64,000 nucleotides of DNA from Minisyncoccota bacterium (GCA_958295675.1 OY282360.1:466026-530025); one strand, 5' to 3'. Positions 1 through 10,469 are shown, numbered from the stretch's first letter. The notes: generated from the letters alone by a model not told the origin. A program made the numbers and translations.

Positions 1-1178
1 CTAACAGCATATTCACGCATGAGCGGATCAGTAATACAGGCAATAAGGGGTATGAGATCTTCACGAACGCCGCGAAGTAAATCTTCATTGCTGTCTCCGT
101 GAGTTTCAGCGATATATTGAATCATGAACTGTACAACCGGAGATGCTTCTTTCAGGGCTTTTCGGAACACAGAAACATCATGAGCAATGGTATCAGCAGG
201 ATCAGAACCTTCCGGAAGAATAACTGTTTTGATATCCATGCCGAGAGAAAGAGCCATGCCGATAACACGAATAGTTGCCCGCATACCAGCTGCATCACTG
301 TCAAACGCTATAATCAAACGATTGGACAATCTCTGCAACTGCAGAATATGCTCTATAGTAACCGCGGTTCCGGAAGCGGCGACAGCAACCGGAAATCCCG
401 CCTGATGCACCATAACAGTATCTATCGGACCCTCAGTAAGAATAGAAAAATTACTCTTTCGTATATGCTGTTTTGCGATATGCAGCCCGTATAGAAAGAC
501 AGATTTACTAAAAAGAGGCGATTCGGGTGAATTTATATACTTTGCGCCGGTTTTTGTGCCATATTCCCGACCGGAAAAAGCGATAACACGCTTTTGCGCG
601 TCATAAAACGGAAACATGATTCTACTCCGAAATCGATCATACACATTCTTGTCTTTCTGTATACATAAACCTGAATCCACATAATCTGTGAGACGGGGCG
701 TTTTTGAATCGCACAGTGTATGCCAAGCGTCGGGAGCGTAACCAATCCCCCATACCTGTATTGACTCTTCGGTAATACCGCGGGACATAAGATATTTTTT
801 CACGGCATCAGTAAGATTATTCCGATACGCCTCGGTTGCCGATTCTAATATATGATAAAGAGGTGATTTAACATTCTCTTGGGAATGTGTCGCGTCAATC
901 TGTATACCGGCACGGTCGGCAAGAAACGCAAGCGCGCCTTTAAAATCAACACCCTCCATCTCCTCAACAAAAGAAAATATATCGCCTCCTTTTTGTGAAG
1001 AAAAGCAATAATAAAAACCATTATCGGAGTCAACAAAAAAAGAAGGCGTTTTTTCGTTCGTAAAAGGAGATAATCCTTTCATACGCTTTCCTGCAGGCAC
1101 CAAGGAAGTATATTGCGAAACGAGATCTACAATGTCAACTGAGTCCTTAATCGCCTGTTTCACAGCATTATAATCCAT
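1..1178 (-). CDS. dnaG: DNA primase (3' end runs off the window)
   Basis: Not in the ORF track because it is open at the edge. Manual translation gives MDYNAVKQAIKDSVDIVDLVSQY...GLSPFTNEKTPSFFV...YYCFSSQKGGDIF...KYINSPESPLFSKS..LYGL...TEGPIDTV..HQAGF..AVAASGTA...IIAFDSDAAG...LPEGSDPAD, i.e. N-terminal ZBD-like region, catalytic core and Toprim motifs. Confidence 0.96.
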   Translation of the reverse strand, partial: MDYNAVKQAIKDSVDIVDLVSQYTSLVPAGKRMKGLSPFTNEKTPSFFVDSDNGFYYCFSSQKGGDIFSFVEEMEGVDFKGALAFLADRAGIQIDATHSQENVKSPLYHILESATEAYRNNLTDAVKKYLMSRGITEESIQVWGIGYAPDAWHTLCDSKTPRLTDYVDSGLCIQKDKNVYDRFRSRIMFPFYDAQKRVIAFSGREYGTKTGAKYINSPESPLFSKSVFLYGLHIAKQHIRKSNFSILTEGPIDTVMVHQAGFPVAVAASGTAVTIEHILQLQRLSNRLIIAFDSDAAGMRATIRVIGMALSLGMDIKTVILPEGSDPADTIAHDVSVFRKALKEASPVVQFMIQYIAETHGDSNEDLLRGVREDLIPLIACITDPLMREYAV

Positions 1179-1212
1179 TACGACTATTGTACCGCAATTC
1201 CGCAAAAAACCA

Positions 1213-4200
1213 TTACTCCTCAGTTGGAGCAGGAGCAGATACTTCTTCTTCTTTTTCTGCAAGACGCCGCGCTATATCATCCCGAACCTCTTTTATAACA
1301 TTAAATTTCTTACTGCCCTCGTAACCACTACCGATAGGAACTAACCTGCCGATAATAACATTTTCCTTAACACCGTCTAAGGTATCCTTCGCGCCGTTAA
1401 TTGATGCTCGAATAAGAACACTGGTAGTATTTTGGAACGATGCGGCGGAAAGAAAGTTATTTCGCGATACTGACACACTCGTAATGCCGGAAACAACATC
1501 CTTGGCCTGTATAAGTTTCTTACCTTCGCTTTCAAGAGTTTCATTGGTTTCAAACAGATCACTCAGTTCAATAGACTCACCGGTGGTGTAGGTGGCATCA
1601 CCGGGGTCAGTGATCAGCATTTGACTGAACATCTGGCGAATAATGATCTCAAAATGAACAGGAGCAACATGAATACCCTGCAACTCGTACACATTAGATA
1701 TTTCACTGAAAATATACTCCTGGGTCACCTCCTTACTGGTGTAAGTGAGCAACTCCTGCAAATCAGCTGACCCGTCCGTGAGAAATTGCCCTTTTTTGAC
1801 TGTATCGCCAACCTTAACCTCAATAAAACGACCCGATGGGATAGTATAGTTCTTTTCAGAAGAGGTGGCTTTTTCATTGCCGACATTAAGATATATTGTA
1901 TGACTGCCGTCAGGATGCGGTTCAATCTTCTCAACAGTACCGTTCGCATGAGATATGGCAGCGGGTGCTTTCGGTACGCGTCGCTCAAAGATTTCTGTTA
2001 CCCTCGGCAACCCTGCCGTAATATCACCTCCAACCGAAACAACTCCTCCCGCATGGCGGGTATTCATAGTAAGCTGGGTACCGGGTTCACCGACCGACTG
2101 TGCCGCTATCGTTCCCACAGGTTCACCGATATCCACAACTTCATTTGTTGTTCTGTCTTCACCGTAACACTTCGCGCATACACCGCGTGCATATCGACAA
2201 GAAACCGGAGATCTGACCTTGATTGAATCAACACTGTCATCCTTATCAATCTTTCCGGCAATCTCAAAGTCTATATACTGATTTTTCTTGGCAATAACCG
2301 TTCCGTCACCGCCGGCAATCTCTTCAACTAAAAATCTGCCCTGTATACGGTCACAAAACGGCGCACCGACACCCGATGCTGTTTTTCTATACAAACGGAA
2401 ACCTTGCGTTGTTCCGCAATTATTTCCTTCAATCTTTAACTCCTGAGCGACGCTGAATAACTTTCTTGAAAGAAATCCCGCGTCAGCTGTTTTCAGCGCC
2501 GTATCCGCAAGACCCTTTCTGGCACCGAACGATGCGTTAAAATACTCAATCGGCGACATACCGTCTTTCATAGATGAAATAACCGGCTGTTCAATCGGAT
2601 CACCGGATGCCGATTCAACAACACCGAACATGGTTGTCATCTCACCCAAATCGTCAAATGAACCGCGTGCGCCTGACTCAATCATGTTTCCTATGGAAGA
2701 ATCCACGGGTATAGTATCACGCACTTCCTTGGTGAGACCGGCTTTAATATCCTGCCATAACAATATATTTTTTCGCTTTCGCTCTGCGAACGATATATAT
2801 CCCTCCTCATACTCGGACATAATTCTTTTTGACTCAGCATACCCTTCCTGTATTTTTTGATCACGATCCTTCGGCACCTTCAGATCAGACCAAGCAAATG
2901 TGATGCCTGATTTAGATGCGTATCGAAAACCGAAGTTCTTTATAGCATCAAGATGCCGGACCAATATTTCTTTGCCGTAAGTATTGATGATATCCTGTAT
3001 AACGGCATTCATGGCTTTTTTAGTGATAGTTTCGTTAACAAAAGGATATTCTCTCGGCAGTTGTACATTGAAAAGAAGGCGACCGACTGTTGTTTCAAAC
3101 ATTTTACCTCTATGCTCCGCATACTTTGGTTTGTCAGAGGCGAGAACTTTGATCTTTGTGCGCAAATCAATAATCCCGAAATCATACGCTGTGATCGCCT
3201 CACTGACACTGCCGAAATAACGCTCTTCGCCTTTTTCACTTTCAGCAATCATAGTCGCCCAATAACAACCGAGTAAAATATCCTGTGTTGCGGGCGATAC
3301 ATTGATAGATCCGGATGCGGGTGTGATGATGTTCTTTAACGAAATCATAATTTCTCGCGCTTCGGTCTGCGCCTCCTCAGAAAGAGGAAGATGCACCACC
3401 ATCGCATCTCCGTCAAAATCCGCGTTGTAGGCAGAGCAGACAAGCGGATGTAATTCCATTGCCAAACCTTCAATAAGAATAGGTTTAAATGCCATGATAC
3501 TCTGGCGGTGCAGTGTCGGTGCTCTGTTTAAGAGCATATACTTACCGGCAATAACTTTTTCAAGCATTTCCCACACAATAGGTGCCTCGGTATCAATAAG
3601 TCGCTGCGCGCCGCGCACATTGTACGCCAGTTCCCGTTCAAGCGCTTCGCCAATAACAAAGGGTCTGAAGATTTCCAGTGCCATTTTCTTAGGCAGACCA
3701 AACTCATCCAACTGTAAATGCGGACCGGCGACAATAACAGTTCTGCCGGTAAAATCAACTCGCTTACCGAGCAAACTAGTTCTGAAATATCCTGTTTTTC
3801 CGCCAAGATATTCAGAAATTGGTTTCAGCTGCTTTCCCTGTCCTCTGCTAGCTGCCGCTCCGCCTCTTCCGACACTCGTTTTTTCAAATAACGCATCAAC
3901 TGCTTCCTGAAGCAGGCGTTTCTCAGTATTGATAAAAATCTGCGGTGTCTTTGTCGCGATGAAATCCTTTAGGCGATTATTCCTGATAATGACAGTACGA
4001 TATAAATCATTCAAATCGGAACTCGCCGGCTGACCGCCCGCGAGCAGCAGAACAGGGCGAATACCCGGAGGAACAATCGGAAGCCGTGTGAGAAACATCC
4101 ACTCCGGACGATTGCCGGATTGAATGAACGACCGAATGAGAAGCAGTTGTTTTTGCAATTTTTCCTGCTGCATCTTGCTCGCGACATCCAGTTCTCCGAG

Positions 4201-4908
4201 TATCTCTTTCTCTTTCTTTTTAAGATCAAAATTTTTCAGCAGATTGTAAACGACCTCCCCGCCTTTTTCTGCCTTAAACAATCCGGGAAACTGCTTGCTT
4301 AACCGTTCGTACTTCACTTCTTCAATAATGGTGTCCTCTTGTATGTGCTCAAGATCATTGATACGATCAGCATGCAATGCCGTCAGCATGATGCGGGTTT
4401 CCTCCTGTGTCGCCTTCTTTATTTTCTCATCAAACTCTTTTTTCACATCTTGTTTTATTTTCTTTCTTTTTGTCTCATCAACACGCGTAATATAATATGA
4501 AGAGAAATAAACAACATTCTGCAATTGCTGTGTCGGCAGACCGAGCAAAGTTGCGACCCGGGAAGGAATTTTCCGCAAAAACCAAAAATGTGCGATCGGC
4601 ACGGCAAGATCAATATGACCCATGCGTTCCCTGCGAACAAGTGCGCGTGTTACCTCAACACCGCAATTCGCGCACTCTATACCCTGATATTGCATCCCTT
4701 TATACTTTCCGCAACTGCATTGAAAATCGTTTTCCGGTCCGAATATTTTCTCACAAAACAAACCATCCCGTTCCGGCCGTTGTGTGCGGTAATTAATGGT
4801 CTCCGGTTTTGTCACCTCGCCAAATGACCATTCCAAAATCTCATCAGGCGATGCGAGATGTATATTGAGAGAATCAAATCGCTGTGTTTTTTTAATTATT
4901 TTTTTCAT
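1213..4908 (-). CDS. rpoC: DNA-directed RNA polymerase beta' subunit
   Basis: 1231 aa; KPETINYRT, GLFCEKIFGP, LLNRAPTLHR, catalytic NADFDGD, AAQSVGEPGTQLTM, KENVIIGRLVP. Confidence 0.99.
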   Translation of the reverse strand: MKKIIKKTQRFDSLNIHLASPDEILEWSFGEVTKPETINYRTQRPERDGLFCEKIFGPENDFQCSCGKYKGMQYQGIECANCGVEVTRALVRRERMGHIDLAVPIAHFWFLRKIPSRVATLLGLPTQQLQNVVYFSSYYITRVDETKRKKIKQDVKKEFDEKIKKATQEETRIMLTALHADRINDLEHIQEDTIIEEVKYERLSKQFPGLFKAEKGGEVVYNLLKNFDLKKKEKEILGELDVASKMQQEKLQKQLLLIRSFIQSGNRPEWMFLTRLPIVPPGIRPVLLLAGGQPASSDLNDLYRTVIIRNNRLKDFIATKTPQIFINTEKRLLQEAVDALFEKTSVGRGGAAASRGQGKQLKPISEYLGGKTGYFRTSLLGKRVDFTGRTVIVAGPHLQLDEFGLPKKMALEIFRPFVIGEALERELAYNVRGAQRLIDTEAPIVWEMLEKVIAGKYMLLNRAPTLHRQSIMAFKPILIEGLAMELHPLVCSAYNADFDGDAMVVHLPLSEEAQTEAREIMISLKNIITPASGSINVSPATQDILLGCYWATMIAESEKGEERYFGSVSEAITAYDFGIIDLRTKIKVLASDKPKYAEHRGKMFETTVGRLLFNVQLPREYPFVNETITKKAMNAVIQDIINTYGKEILVRHLDAIKNFGFRYASKSGITFAWSDLKVPKDRDQKIQEGYAESKRIMSEYEEGYISFAERKRKNILLWQDIKAGLTKEVRDTIPVDSSIGNMIESGARGSFDDLGEMTTMFGVVESASGDPIEQPVISSMKDGMSPIEYFNASFGARKGLADTALKTADAGFLSRKLFSVAQELKIEGNNCGTTQGFRLYRKTASGVGAPFCDRIQGRFLVEEIAGGDGTVIAKKNQYIDFEIAGKIDKDDSVDSIKVRSPVSCRYARGVCAKCYGEDRTTNEVVDIGEPVGTIAAQSVGEPGTQLTMNTRHAGGVVSVGGDITAGLPRVTEIFERRVPKAPAAISHANGTVEKIEPHPDGSHTIYLNVGNEKATSSEKNYTIPSGRFIEVKVGDTVKKGQFLTDGSADLQELLTYTSKEVTQEYIFSEISNVYELQGIHVAPVHFEIIIRQMFSQMLITDPGDATYTTGESIELSDLFETNETLESEGKKLIQAKDVVSGITSVSVSRNNFLSAASFQNTTSVLIRASINGAKDTLDGVKENVIIGRLVPIGSGYEGSKKFNVIKEVRDDIARRLAEKEEEVSAPAPTEE

Positions 4909-4917
4909 ACTGTTATA

Positions 4918-7900
4918 TTATCCTGTTACCTTAGTGCGCTTCCGATCACGCCGCGGAACCTCATCCGACTGATCCCGATCGGGTACATTCATAGTCACAT
5001 CCAAACCGAGGCCGCGCAGGTGGTATAAAAGCACATTAAATGTCGCGGGAATACCGGTTTGAACAATTGGTTCATTATGTATTATTGCTTTATACGCTAT
5101 ATTACGACCGTGCATATCATCGGATTTAATAGTGAGCATTTCACGCAGAATATACGCGGCTCCATGACCGAGCAATGCCCATACCTCCATTTCTCCCAAC
5201 CGGTTGCCGCCGAAACGCGCTCGTCCGCCGGGCGGTTGCTGAGTAATCAACGAATAACGACCGGTTGAACGGGCGTGCACTTTATCCTGCACCATGTGTT
5301 CAAGTTTCATAACATACATCCAGCCAATCGCCACATCGCCGGCGAACCGGTCACCGGTCTTGCCGTCAAACAGTTCAACGCAACCGGTATTCGGAAAACC
5401 GGCTTTTTGTAATTCTTCCTGTACCTCTCCTTCGGTCACCGATGTCATGGGCGGCACAATCGCCTGATAATTCAACGCATGCGCCGCAAGTCCGAGATGC
5501 ATTTCCAAAATTTGACCGAGGTTCTTTCTGGACGGCACACCGAGCGAAGAGAAAATCACATCGACCATTTCACCGTCCTTAGTAAACGGCATATCTTCAA
5601 TCGGCGCGACACGGGATACCACACCCTTGTTTCCATACCGATTCGCCAGTTTATCTCCGACCTGAATACGCCGCAAATCAGCAATAACAATGCGTATCTG
5701 ATTCAGAACACCGACATCCACGCCATATCCACTCTCACGATTCCGTATTGACACCGAAACTACCTTCCCTTTCTCACCGGGAGGAAGTGTTTTTGAGGTG
5801 TCCCGCATATCTTTTGCCTTATCACCAAAAATTGACTGCAAAAGTCGCTCTTCGGCTGACAATTGTATTTCACCGCGCGGTGTCAGCTTACCGACAAGGA
5901 TATCGCCGGGCAATACTTCAGAACCGACACGAACCACGCCTTCAGCATCAAGATTCCGCAATTTCTGATCAGAAACATTCGGTATATCCGCAGTCATAAC
6001 ATCAGGGCCGAGTTTGGTCTGACGTGCTTCCACAACATGCTCTTTTACCTGAGTAGAGGTAAGAACATTATCGCGTACAAGGCGTTCAGATATAATAATA
6101 GAATCCTCAAATGTCCCTCCGTCATACGGTAAAAATGCCACGCGAAGGTTCTTACCGAAAGCAATCTGTCCGTTGGTGGTGGATGCTGTATCAGCTATAA
6201 CATCACCCTTTTTCACCGTATCACCAGGGGACACAGCCGTCCGCTGATGATTCGCGAAAGTATATGCGGATCCCGCCAATGTAAAAACCTCAAGATCATG
6301 CCGCTTAATTTCTTTATTCGTTTTGATACTGATATGATTCGCGTCAGCTTCAACAACTTCCCCATCTTCATCGGCAAGCACCAAACGCCCGGAAGCGCGG
6401 GCAAATTCTTTCCCGTAACCGGTGGATACTAACGGTGCCTCCGGTCGCAAACAAGGAATTGCCTGCAGTTGCATGCGTGTGCCTGTTGCCGCGCGCATCG
6501 GCAGTGTGTTCTGCACGAACGGTATCAATACCGATGAAATAGAAAGAATCTGCCCTGTTGCAACATCCACATAATCAACTTCCTGCGGACTTACCCGCGC
6601 ATATTGTCCCTGATCACGCACTAACACAATATCCTGCATAATTTCATTTTTATCGTTCACGGTAACATGCGCACCGGCAATCCGATACTGTTCTTCTTCG
6701 GATGCGGTAAAGTACGCAACTTCATCAGTTATCTTCCCATTCACTACTTTGAAATATGGACATTCCAATAAACCGTATTTATTAATCCTCGCATACAGCG
6801 TGAGATGCAGGATAAGTCCGATGTTCGCGCCATCAGGAGAATGCAGCGGACAAATGCGTCCATAATGGGTCTGGTGTATGTCGCGAATTGAAATACCGGC
6901 ATGCTCACGGCTCACACCCCCGGTGCCAAGCGCGGATATTGTTCGTAGATGTTCCAAGTTAGTCAGAATGTTCTGCTGTTTTAAGGGTTGCGACAATTGG
7001 TTAGTATTAAAAAAACCGTGAATAGTTGATTGGAATGTGCGCATATACAGCACATTGGTCGGTAATTCAAACATCTTCGGATCCGTGGTCAGCATCTTAT
7101 CCCGCGTATTCTTACGCATACGAACAAATCCTGTTCGCGCGTATTCATACACCAATTCACCGACAGAACGCACACGCCGCAGACCGAGGTGATCAATATC
7201 ATCACCAATTGCGTCAGGTGTATGATTCAAACGCACGATTTCCTTAACAATCAACACAATGTCTTCAAGTGTTAGAATTCTATTTTTAACCGCCTCCGCA
7301 TCGGTGGGCAAACCGAAACGCTTGTTGAAACTGACCCGACCCAACTCGCTCATATCATACCACTCGGGTGAAAACCGCGTCTGCACCATTTGCTTTGCCC
7401 GCTCCGCGCTGACACCGCCGCTGGCACGAAGAATTTTGTAAAATGAAGTCCAAACATCATCCATGATATTCGCATCATCAACCGCAAATGTTTTTTTAAC
7501 ACACTCAAGTGTCCTCGGATCATCTTCAAAAAGCTGAAAAACTGCCTCTTTCGTCTCAGGACCGAATGCGCGAAGAAACAGAGTCACGGGCATTTTCCGG
7601 TTTCCCTGGTCAACACGGACAAAAATCCGACCGTTAGCATCGCTCTCAAAAGCAATCCAAAGTCCTCGCCCTTTCTGCGGTATCACCTGCGCGCCGAATG
7701 TGCGGACTCTTCCGCGCATTTCCGCAAAAAAACGAACACCCTGAGCGCGCACTAATTGCGATACCACGGTTCGTTCAATGCCATTAATGATAAAAGAATA
7801 TTGCGGAGTCATAATCGGTATATCACCGAAAAGCAATTCTTCCTCTTTAGTCGCGCCGACAACTTTATTTTCCAATGCCAACATTACCCGAAACGGAGCA

Positions 7901-8148
7901 GTGTAACTTATAAACTTATCTTTCGCCTCCTGCACTGTCATCCGCGGTTCTTCAAGTTTGGAAGAAAGAAAATTGATAGAAAACCGTTCATTTGAATCAA
8001 TAATAGGGAAAAATTCATCAAACAAACCGGGAAGGTCTTCCTTTAAAAATGTGTCATACGATTCTTTTTGAAATGACAAAATATCCCCCAACGGCAATGT
8101 GGATGCCTTGTACCCTGAAAATGTTTTTTGTGTCCGTTCTGATTGCAT
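4918..8148 (-). CDS. rpoB: DNA-directed RNA polymerase beta subunit
   Basis: 1076 aa; DDIDHLGLRRVRSVGE, HYGRICP, GDILVGKLTP, GDKLANRYGNKGVVS, KVHARSTGRYSLITQQPPGG, GEMEVWAL. Confidence 0.99.
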   Translation of the reverse strand: MQSERTQKTFSGYKASTLPLGDILSFQKESYDTFLKEDLPGLFDEFFPIIDSNERFSINFLSSKLEEPRMTVQEAKDKFISYTAPFRVMLALENKVVGATKEEELLFGDIPIMTPQYSFIINGIERTVVSQLVRAQGVRFFAEMRGRVRTFGAQVIPQKGRGLWIAFESDANGRIFVRVDQGNRKMPVTLFLRAFGPETKEAVFQLFEDDPRTLECVKKTFAVDDANIMDDVWTSFYKILRASGGVSAERAKQMVQTRFSPEWYDMSELGRVSFNKRFGLPTDAEAVKNRILTLEDIVLIVKEIVRLNHTPDAIGDDIDHLGLRRVRSVGELVYEYARTGFVRMRKNTRDKMLTTDPKMFELPTNVLYMRTFQSTIHGFFNTNQLSQPLKQQNILTNLEHLRTISALGTGGVSREHAGISIRDIHQTHYGRICPLHSPDGANIGLILHLTLYARINKYGLLECPYFKVVNGKITDEVAYFTASEEEQYRIAGAHVTVNDKNEIMQDIVLVRDQGQYARVSPQEVDYVDVATGQILSISSVLIPFVQNTLPMRAATGTRMQLQAIPCLRPEAPLVSTGYGKEFARASGRLVLADEDGEVVEADANHISIKTNKEIKRHDLEVFTLAGSAYTFANHQRTAVSPGDTVKKGDVIADTASTTNGQIAFGKNLRVAFLPYDGGTFEDSIIISERLVRDNVLTSTQVKEHVVEARQTKLGPDVMTADIPNVSDQKLRNLDAEGVVRVGSEVLPGDILVGKLTPRGEIQLSAEERLLQSIFGDKAKDMRDTSKTLPPGEKGKVVSVSIRNRESGYGVDVGVLNQIRIVIADLRRIQVGDKLANRYGNKGVVSRVAPIEDMPFTKDGEMVDVIFSSLGVPSRKNLGQILEMHLGLAAHALNYQAIVPPMTSVTEGEVQEELQKAGFPNTGCVELFDGKTGDRFAGDVAIGWMYVMKLEHMVQDKVHARSTGRYSLITQQPPGGRARFGGNRLGEMEVWALLGHGAAYILREMLTIKSDDMHGRNIAYKAIIHNEPIVQTGIPATFNVLLYHLRGLGLDVTMNVPDRDQSDEVPRRDRKRTKVTG

Positions 8149-8237
8149 TCTGTATGATTATCAATCGACAAAATACTCGGCACACAATACTAAAACGGAC
8201 CCATTGAAAAAACCACCAATGTGCTTCGTTAAAAAGC

Positions 8238-8267
8238 ACCATAGCAAAAATACATTCTTTTTGTCAA
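8238..8267 (-). promoter_or_regulatory. Putative sigma70 promoter of rpoBC
   Basis: Minus strand TTGACA-18 nt-TATGGT with an extended TG, about 90 nt upstream of the rpoB ATG. Confidence 0.5.
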
Positions 8268-8353
8268 TACCAAAAAATCACTATAATGTGGATAACTACA
8301 TACTCACTCCTTGACAATCCTACACATTTAACTAAATATAAAAAGGATAAAAA

Positions 8354-8381
8354 ATCCCACCAGTGTTTCTACTGGTGGGAT
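8354..8381 (-). terminator. Intrinsic terminator, LRV cassette A
   Basis: ATCCCACCAG/CTGGTGGGAT 10-bp stem followed by a T-run on the minus strand; the same hairpin follows all four cassettes. Confidence 0.8.
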
Positions 8382-8425
8382 GGGTTGAGAAACACTCTTA
8401 CAACGAAAAAGAGTGTGCCGGCAAC

Positions 8426-9016
8426 TTATTCTATTTCCCTGTGAACACGAATTTGGGATGGTGTGCGGTCGTGGGCAGTAACCACCAGCCGAACATCCGT
8501 ATCCATATCCGTCGCCAGGGCGGCGAGAACGTCCGGTGGTGTACGGCTGTTGGCAGCAACTGCCATTCGAACACCCGTATCCGTATCTGTCGCCAGGTCA
8601 GCGAGAATGTCTGGTGATGTGCGGTCGTTGTGAACAAGCACAAACCGAACATCCGCATTCGCATCCGTCGCCAGGTCAGCGAGAACGTCCGGTGGTGTGC
8701 GGTCGTGGGCAGCAACCGCAAACCGTACACGCCAATCCTCATCCGCCGCCATAGTAGCGAGAACATCCGGTGGTGTGCGGTCGTGGGTAGCAACCGCTTC
8801 CCGCACCCGCCAATCCTCATCCGTCGCCAGGTCAGTGAGAACCTCCGATGGTATGTAGTCGTTGTGAACAACCACCAACCGAACATCCGCATTCGCATCC
8901 GTCGCCAGTTCAGCGAGAATGTCCGGTAGTGTGCTGTGGTTGACTTTCTGTTCGGTACATCCCGAAACGCCCAACAGAATGAGTACGAATGCACTCAGAA
9001 GTGTGAATGCTTTCAT
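8426..9016 (-). CDS. HEAT/LRV-repeat lipoprotein (cassette A)
   Basis: Start moved to MKAFTLLSAFVLILLGVSGC (lipobox-like, preceded by GGAGG); 24-aa repeats of type TPPDVLAxLAxDxDxxVRxAVAxHDR. Confidence 0.85.
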   Translation of the reverse strand: MKAFTLLSAFVLILLGVSGCTEQKVNHSTLPDILAELATDANADVRLVVVHNDYIPSEVLTDLATDEDWRVREAVATHDRTPPDVLATMAADEDWRVRFAVAAHDRTPPDVLADLATDANADVRFVLVHNDRTSPDILADLATDTDTGVRMAVAANSRTPPDVLAALATDMDTDVRLVVTAHDRTPSQIRVHREIE

Positions 9017-9074
9017 GTGACCTCCTGTGGTCTCCGTTGTGAAAGGGCAAAAAGCAATCTGCCACCTAACATAT

Positions 9075-9103
9075 AGTATGCATATATCAGTATAATATGT
9101 CAA
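9075..9103 (-). promoter_or_regulatory. Sigma70 promoter, cassette A
   Basis: TTGACA-17 nt-CATACT. Confidence 0.75.
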
Positions 9104-9165
9104 TAATTCTACCAAAAAATACACTTTTTTCAATATGTTTTGTTGTTTGGTGCGTACTATAAAAA

Positions 9166-9193
9166 ATCCCACCAGCGTTTCCACTGGTGGGAT
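9166..9193 (-). terminator. Intrinsic terminator, LRV cassette B
   Basis: ATCCCACCAG...CTGGTGGGAT hairpin plus T-run. Confidence 0.8.
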
Positions 9194-9240
9194 AAGTGAG
9201 AGAATGCTCCTCGTTGGAGAAGACAAAGAAGATATACTGC

Positions 9241-10230
9241 TCAATCCCTACCTTCTTCCCGCCAATTGGGATTTTTGGCAACCGCTCTACAAACTTCGAA
9301 TCTGGAATCTTCTAACATCTTTTTGAGGAGATGTAACGGTGTGCTACCGTTATCAGCAACCTTCTCTCGCACCTGCCAATCTGCATCCTCTGCCAATGTG
9401 GCGAGGAGTGCCGGTGGTGTGCTTTCGTTAGAAGCAAGCGCAAACCGCACCCGCCGATCCGAATCCTGTACCAGTTCAGTGAGGACTGACAGCGGTATGT
9501 TTGTGCTATCCTTTTCAGCAACCGCTGCTCGCACCCGCCAATGTGAATCCTTTGCTAGTTTGACGAGAACTGCCGATGATGTGTTGTTGTTTTCAGCAGC
9601 CGCAAGCCGCATCCACACATCCGTATTCTTTGCCAGTTTGACAAGAGCTGCCGGTGATATGTTATTGTTTTCAGCAGCCGCAAGCTGCACCCACAGATGT
9701 GCATCCTGTGCCAATGTGGCGAGAACTGCCGATGGTGTGTTGTTGTTTTCAGCAACTGCTTCCCGCACCTGCCAATGCGTATCCTTTGCTAGTTTGGCGA
9801 GGAGTGCCGGTGGTGTGTTGCCAATGGAAGCAATCATCGCCCGAACACGTTCATTCACATCCTTCGCCATGTCAGCAAGGACCGCCGGCGGTGTGTTGAT
9901 GTGGCGAGCAACCGTAAGCCGCACCACCACATCCGGATTCTCTGCCAGTTTGACAAGAGCTGCCGGTGATATGTTATTGTTTTCAGCAGCCATAAGCTGC
10001 ACCCACGGATGTGCATCCTGTGCCAATGTGGCGAGAACTGCTGGCGGTGTGCTACCGTTGGAAGCAACCGCCGCTCGCACCTGCCAATCCGGATCTCTTG
10101 CCAGTTCAACGAGGACTTCCGGTGGTGTGATGCTGTTACCGGCAACTCTTTCCCGTATCTGCCAATCCACATCTCTTGCCATTTCAGCAAGGGTTTTCAG
10201 TGTTCTTTCATTCAGAGTGTCTGCCTTCAT
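9241..10230 (-). CDS. HEAT/LRV-repeat protein without signal peptide (cassette B)
   Basis: Start moved to MKADTLNERTLKTLAEMARD; 24-aa repeats of type TPPAVLAxLAxDxxWxVRxAVAxNxx. The longer ORF start overlaps cassette C in another frame. Confidence 0.85.
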   Translation of the reverse strand: MKADTLNERTLKTLAEMARDVDWQIRERVAGNSITPPEVLVELARDPDWQVRAAVASNGSTPPAVLATLAQDAHPWVQLMAAENNNISPAALVKLAENPDVVVRLTVARHINTPPAVLADMAKDVNERVRAMIASIGNTPPALLAKLAKDTHWQVREAVAENNNTPSAVLATLAQDAHLWVQLAAAENNNISPAALVKLAKNTDVWMRLAAAENNNTSSAVLVKLAKDSHWRVRAAVAEKDSTNIPLSVLTELVQDSDRRVRFALASNESTPPALLATLAEDADWQVREKVADNGSTPLHLLKKMLEDSRFEVCRAVAKNPNWREEGRD

Positions 10231-10291
10231 CGTCGCACAATCCTTTTGTTGTGAAAGAGCAGTGAGGAGGTGACAACACCACCTAATATAC

Positions 10292-10320
10292 AGTATGTAC
10301 ATATTAGTGCAATACATCAA
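10292..10320 (-). promoter_or_regulatory. Sigma70 promoter, cassette B
   Basis: TTGATG-17 nt-CATACT at the position homologous to the other cassette promoters. Confidence 0.65.
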
Positions 10321-10396
10321 GTATCCCCTACAGGAGTACATCTGTTTTTTAATATATTTTGTAGTTTGGTGTATGAAGTAAAAAAGAGTAAAAAAT

Positions 10397-10424
10397 ATCC
10401 CACCAGCGTTTCCACTGGTGGGAT
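10397..10424 (-). terminator. Intrinsic terminator, LRV cassette C
   Basis: Same 10-bp hairpin as the other cassettes, followed by a T-rich tail. Confidence 0.8.
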
Positions 10425-10469
10425 GAGTTGAGAGGTGATTCCTCTTGAGCGAATGGAATGGATGAGCAG

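Noticed and set aside
99-1036. Short ORFs listed at the window start
   Set aside because: They overlap dnaG, which the track missed because it is open at the window edge.
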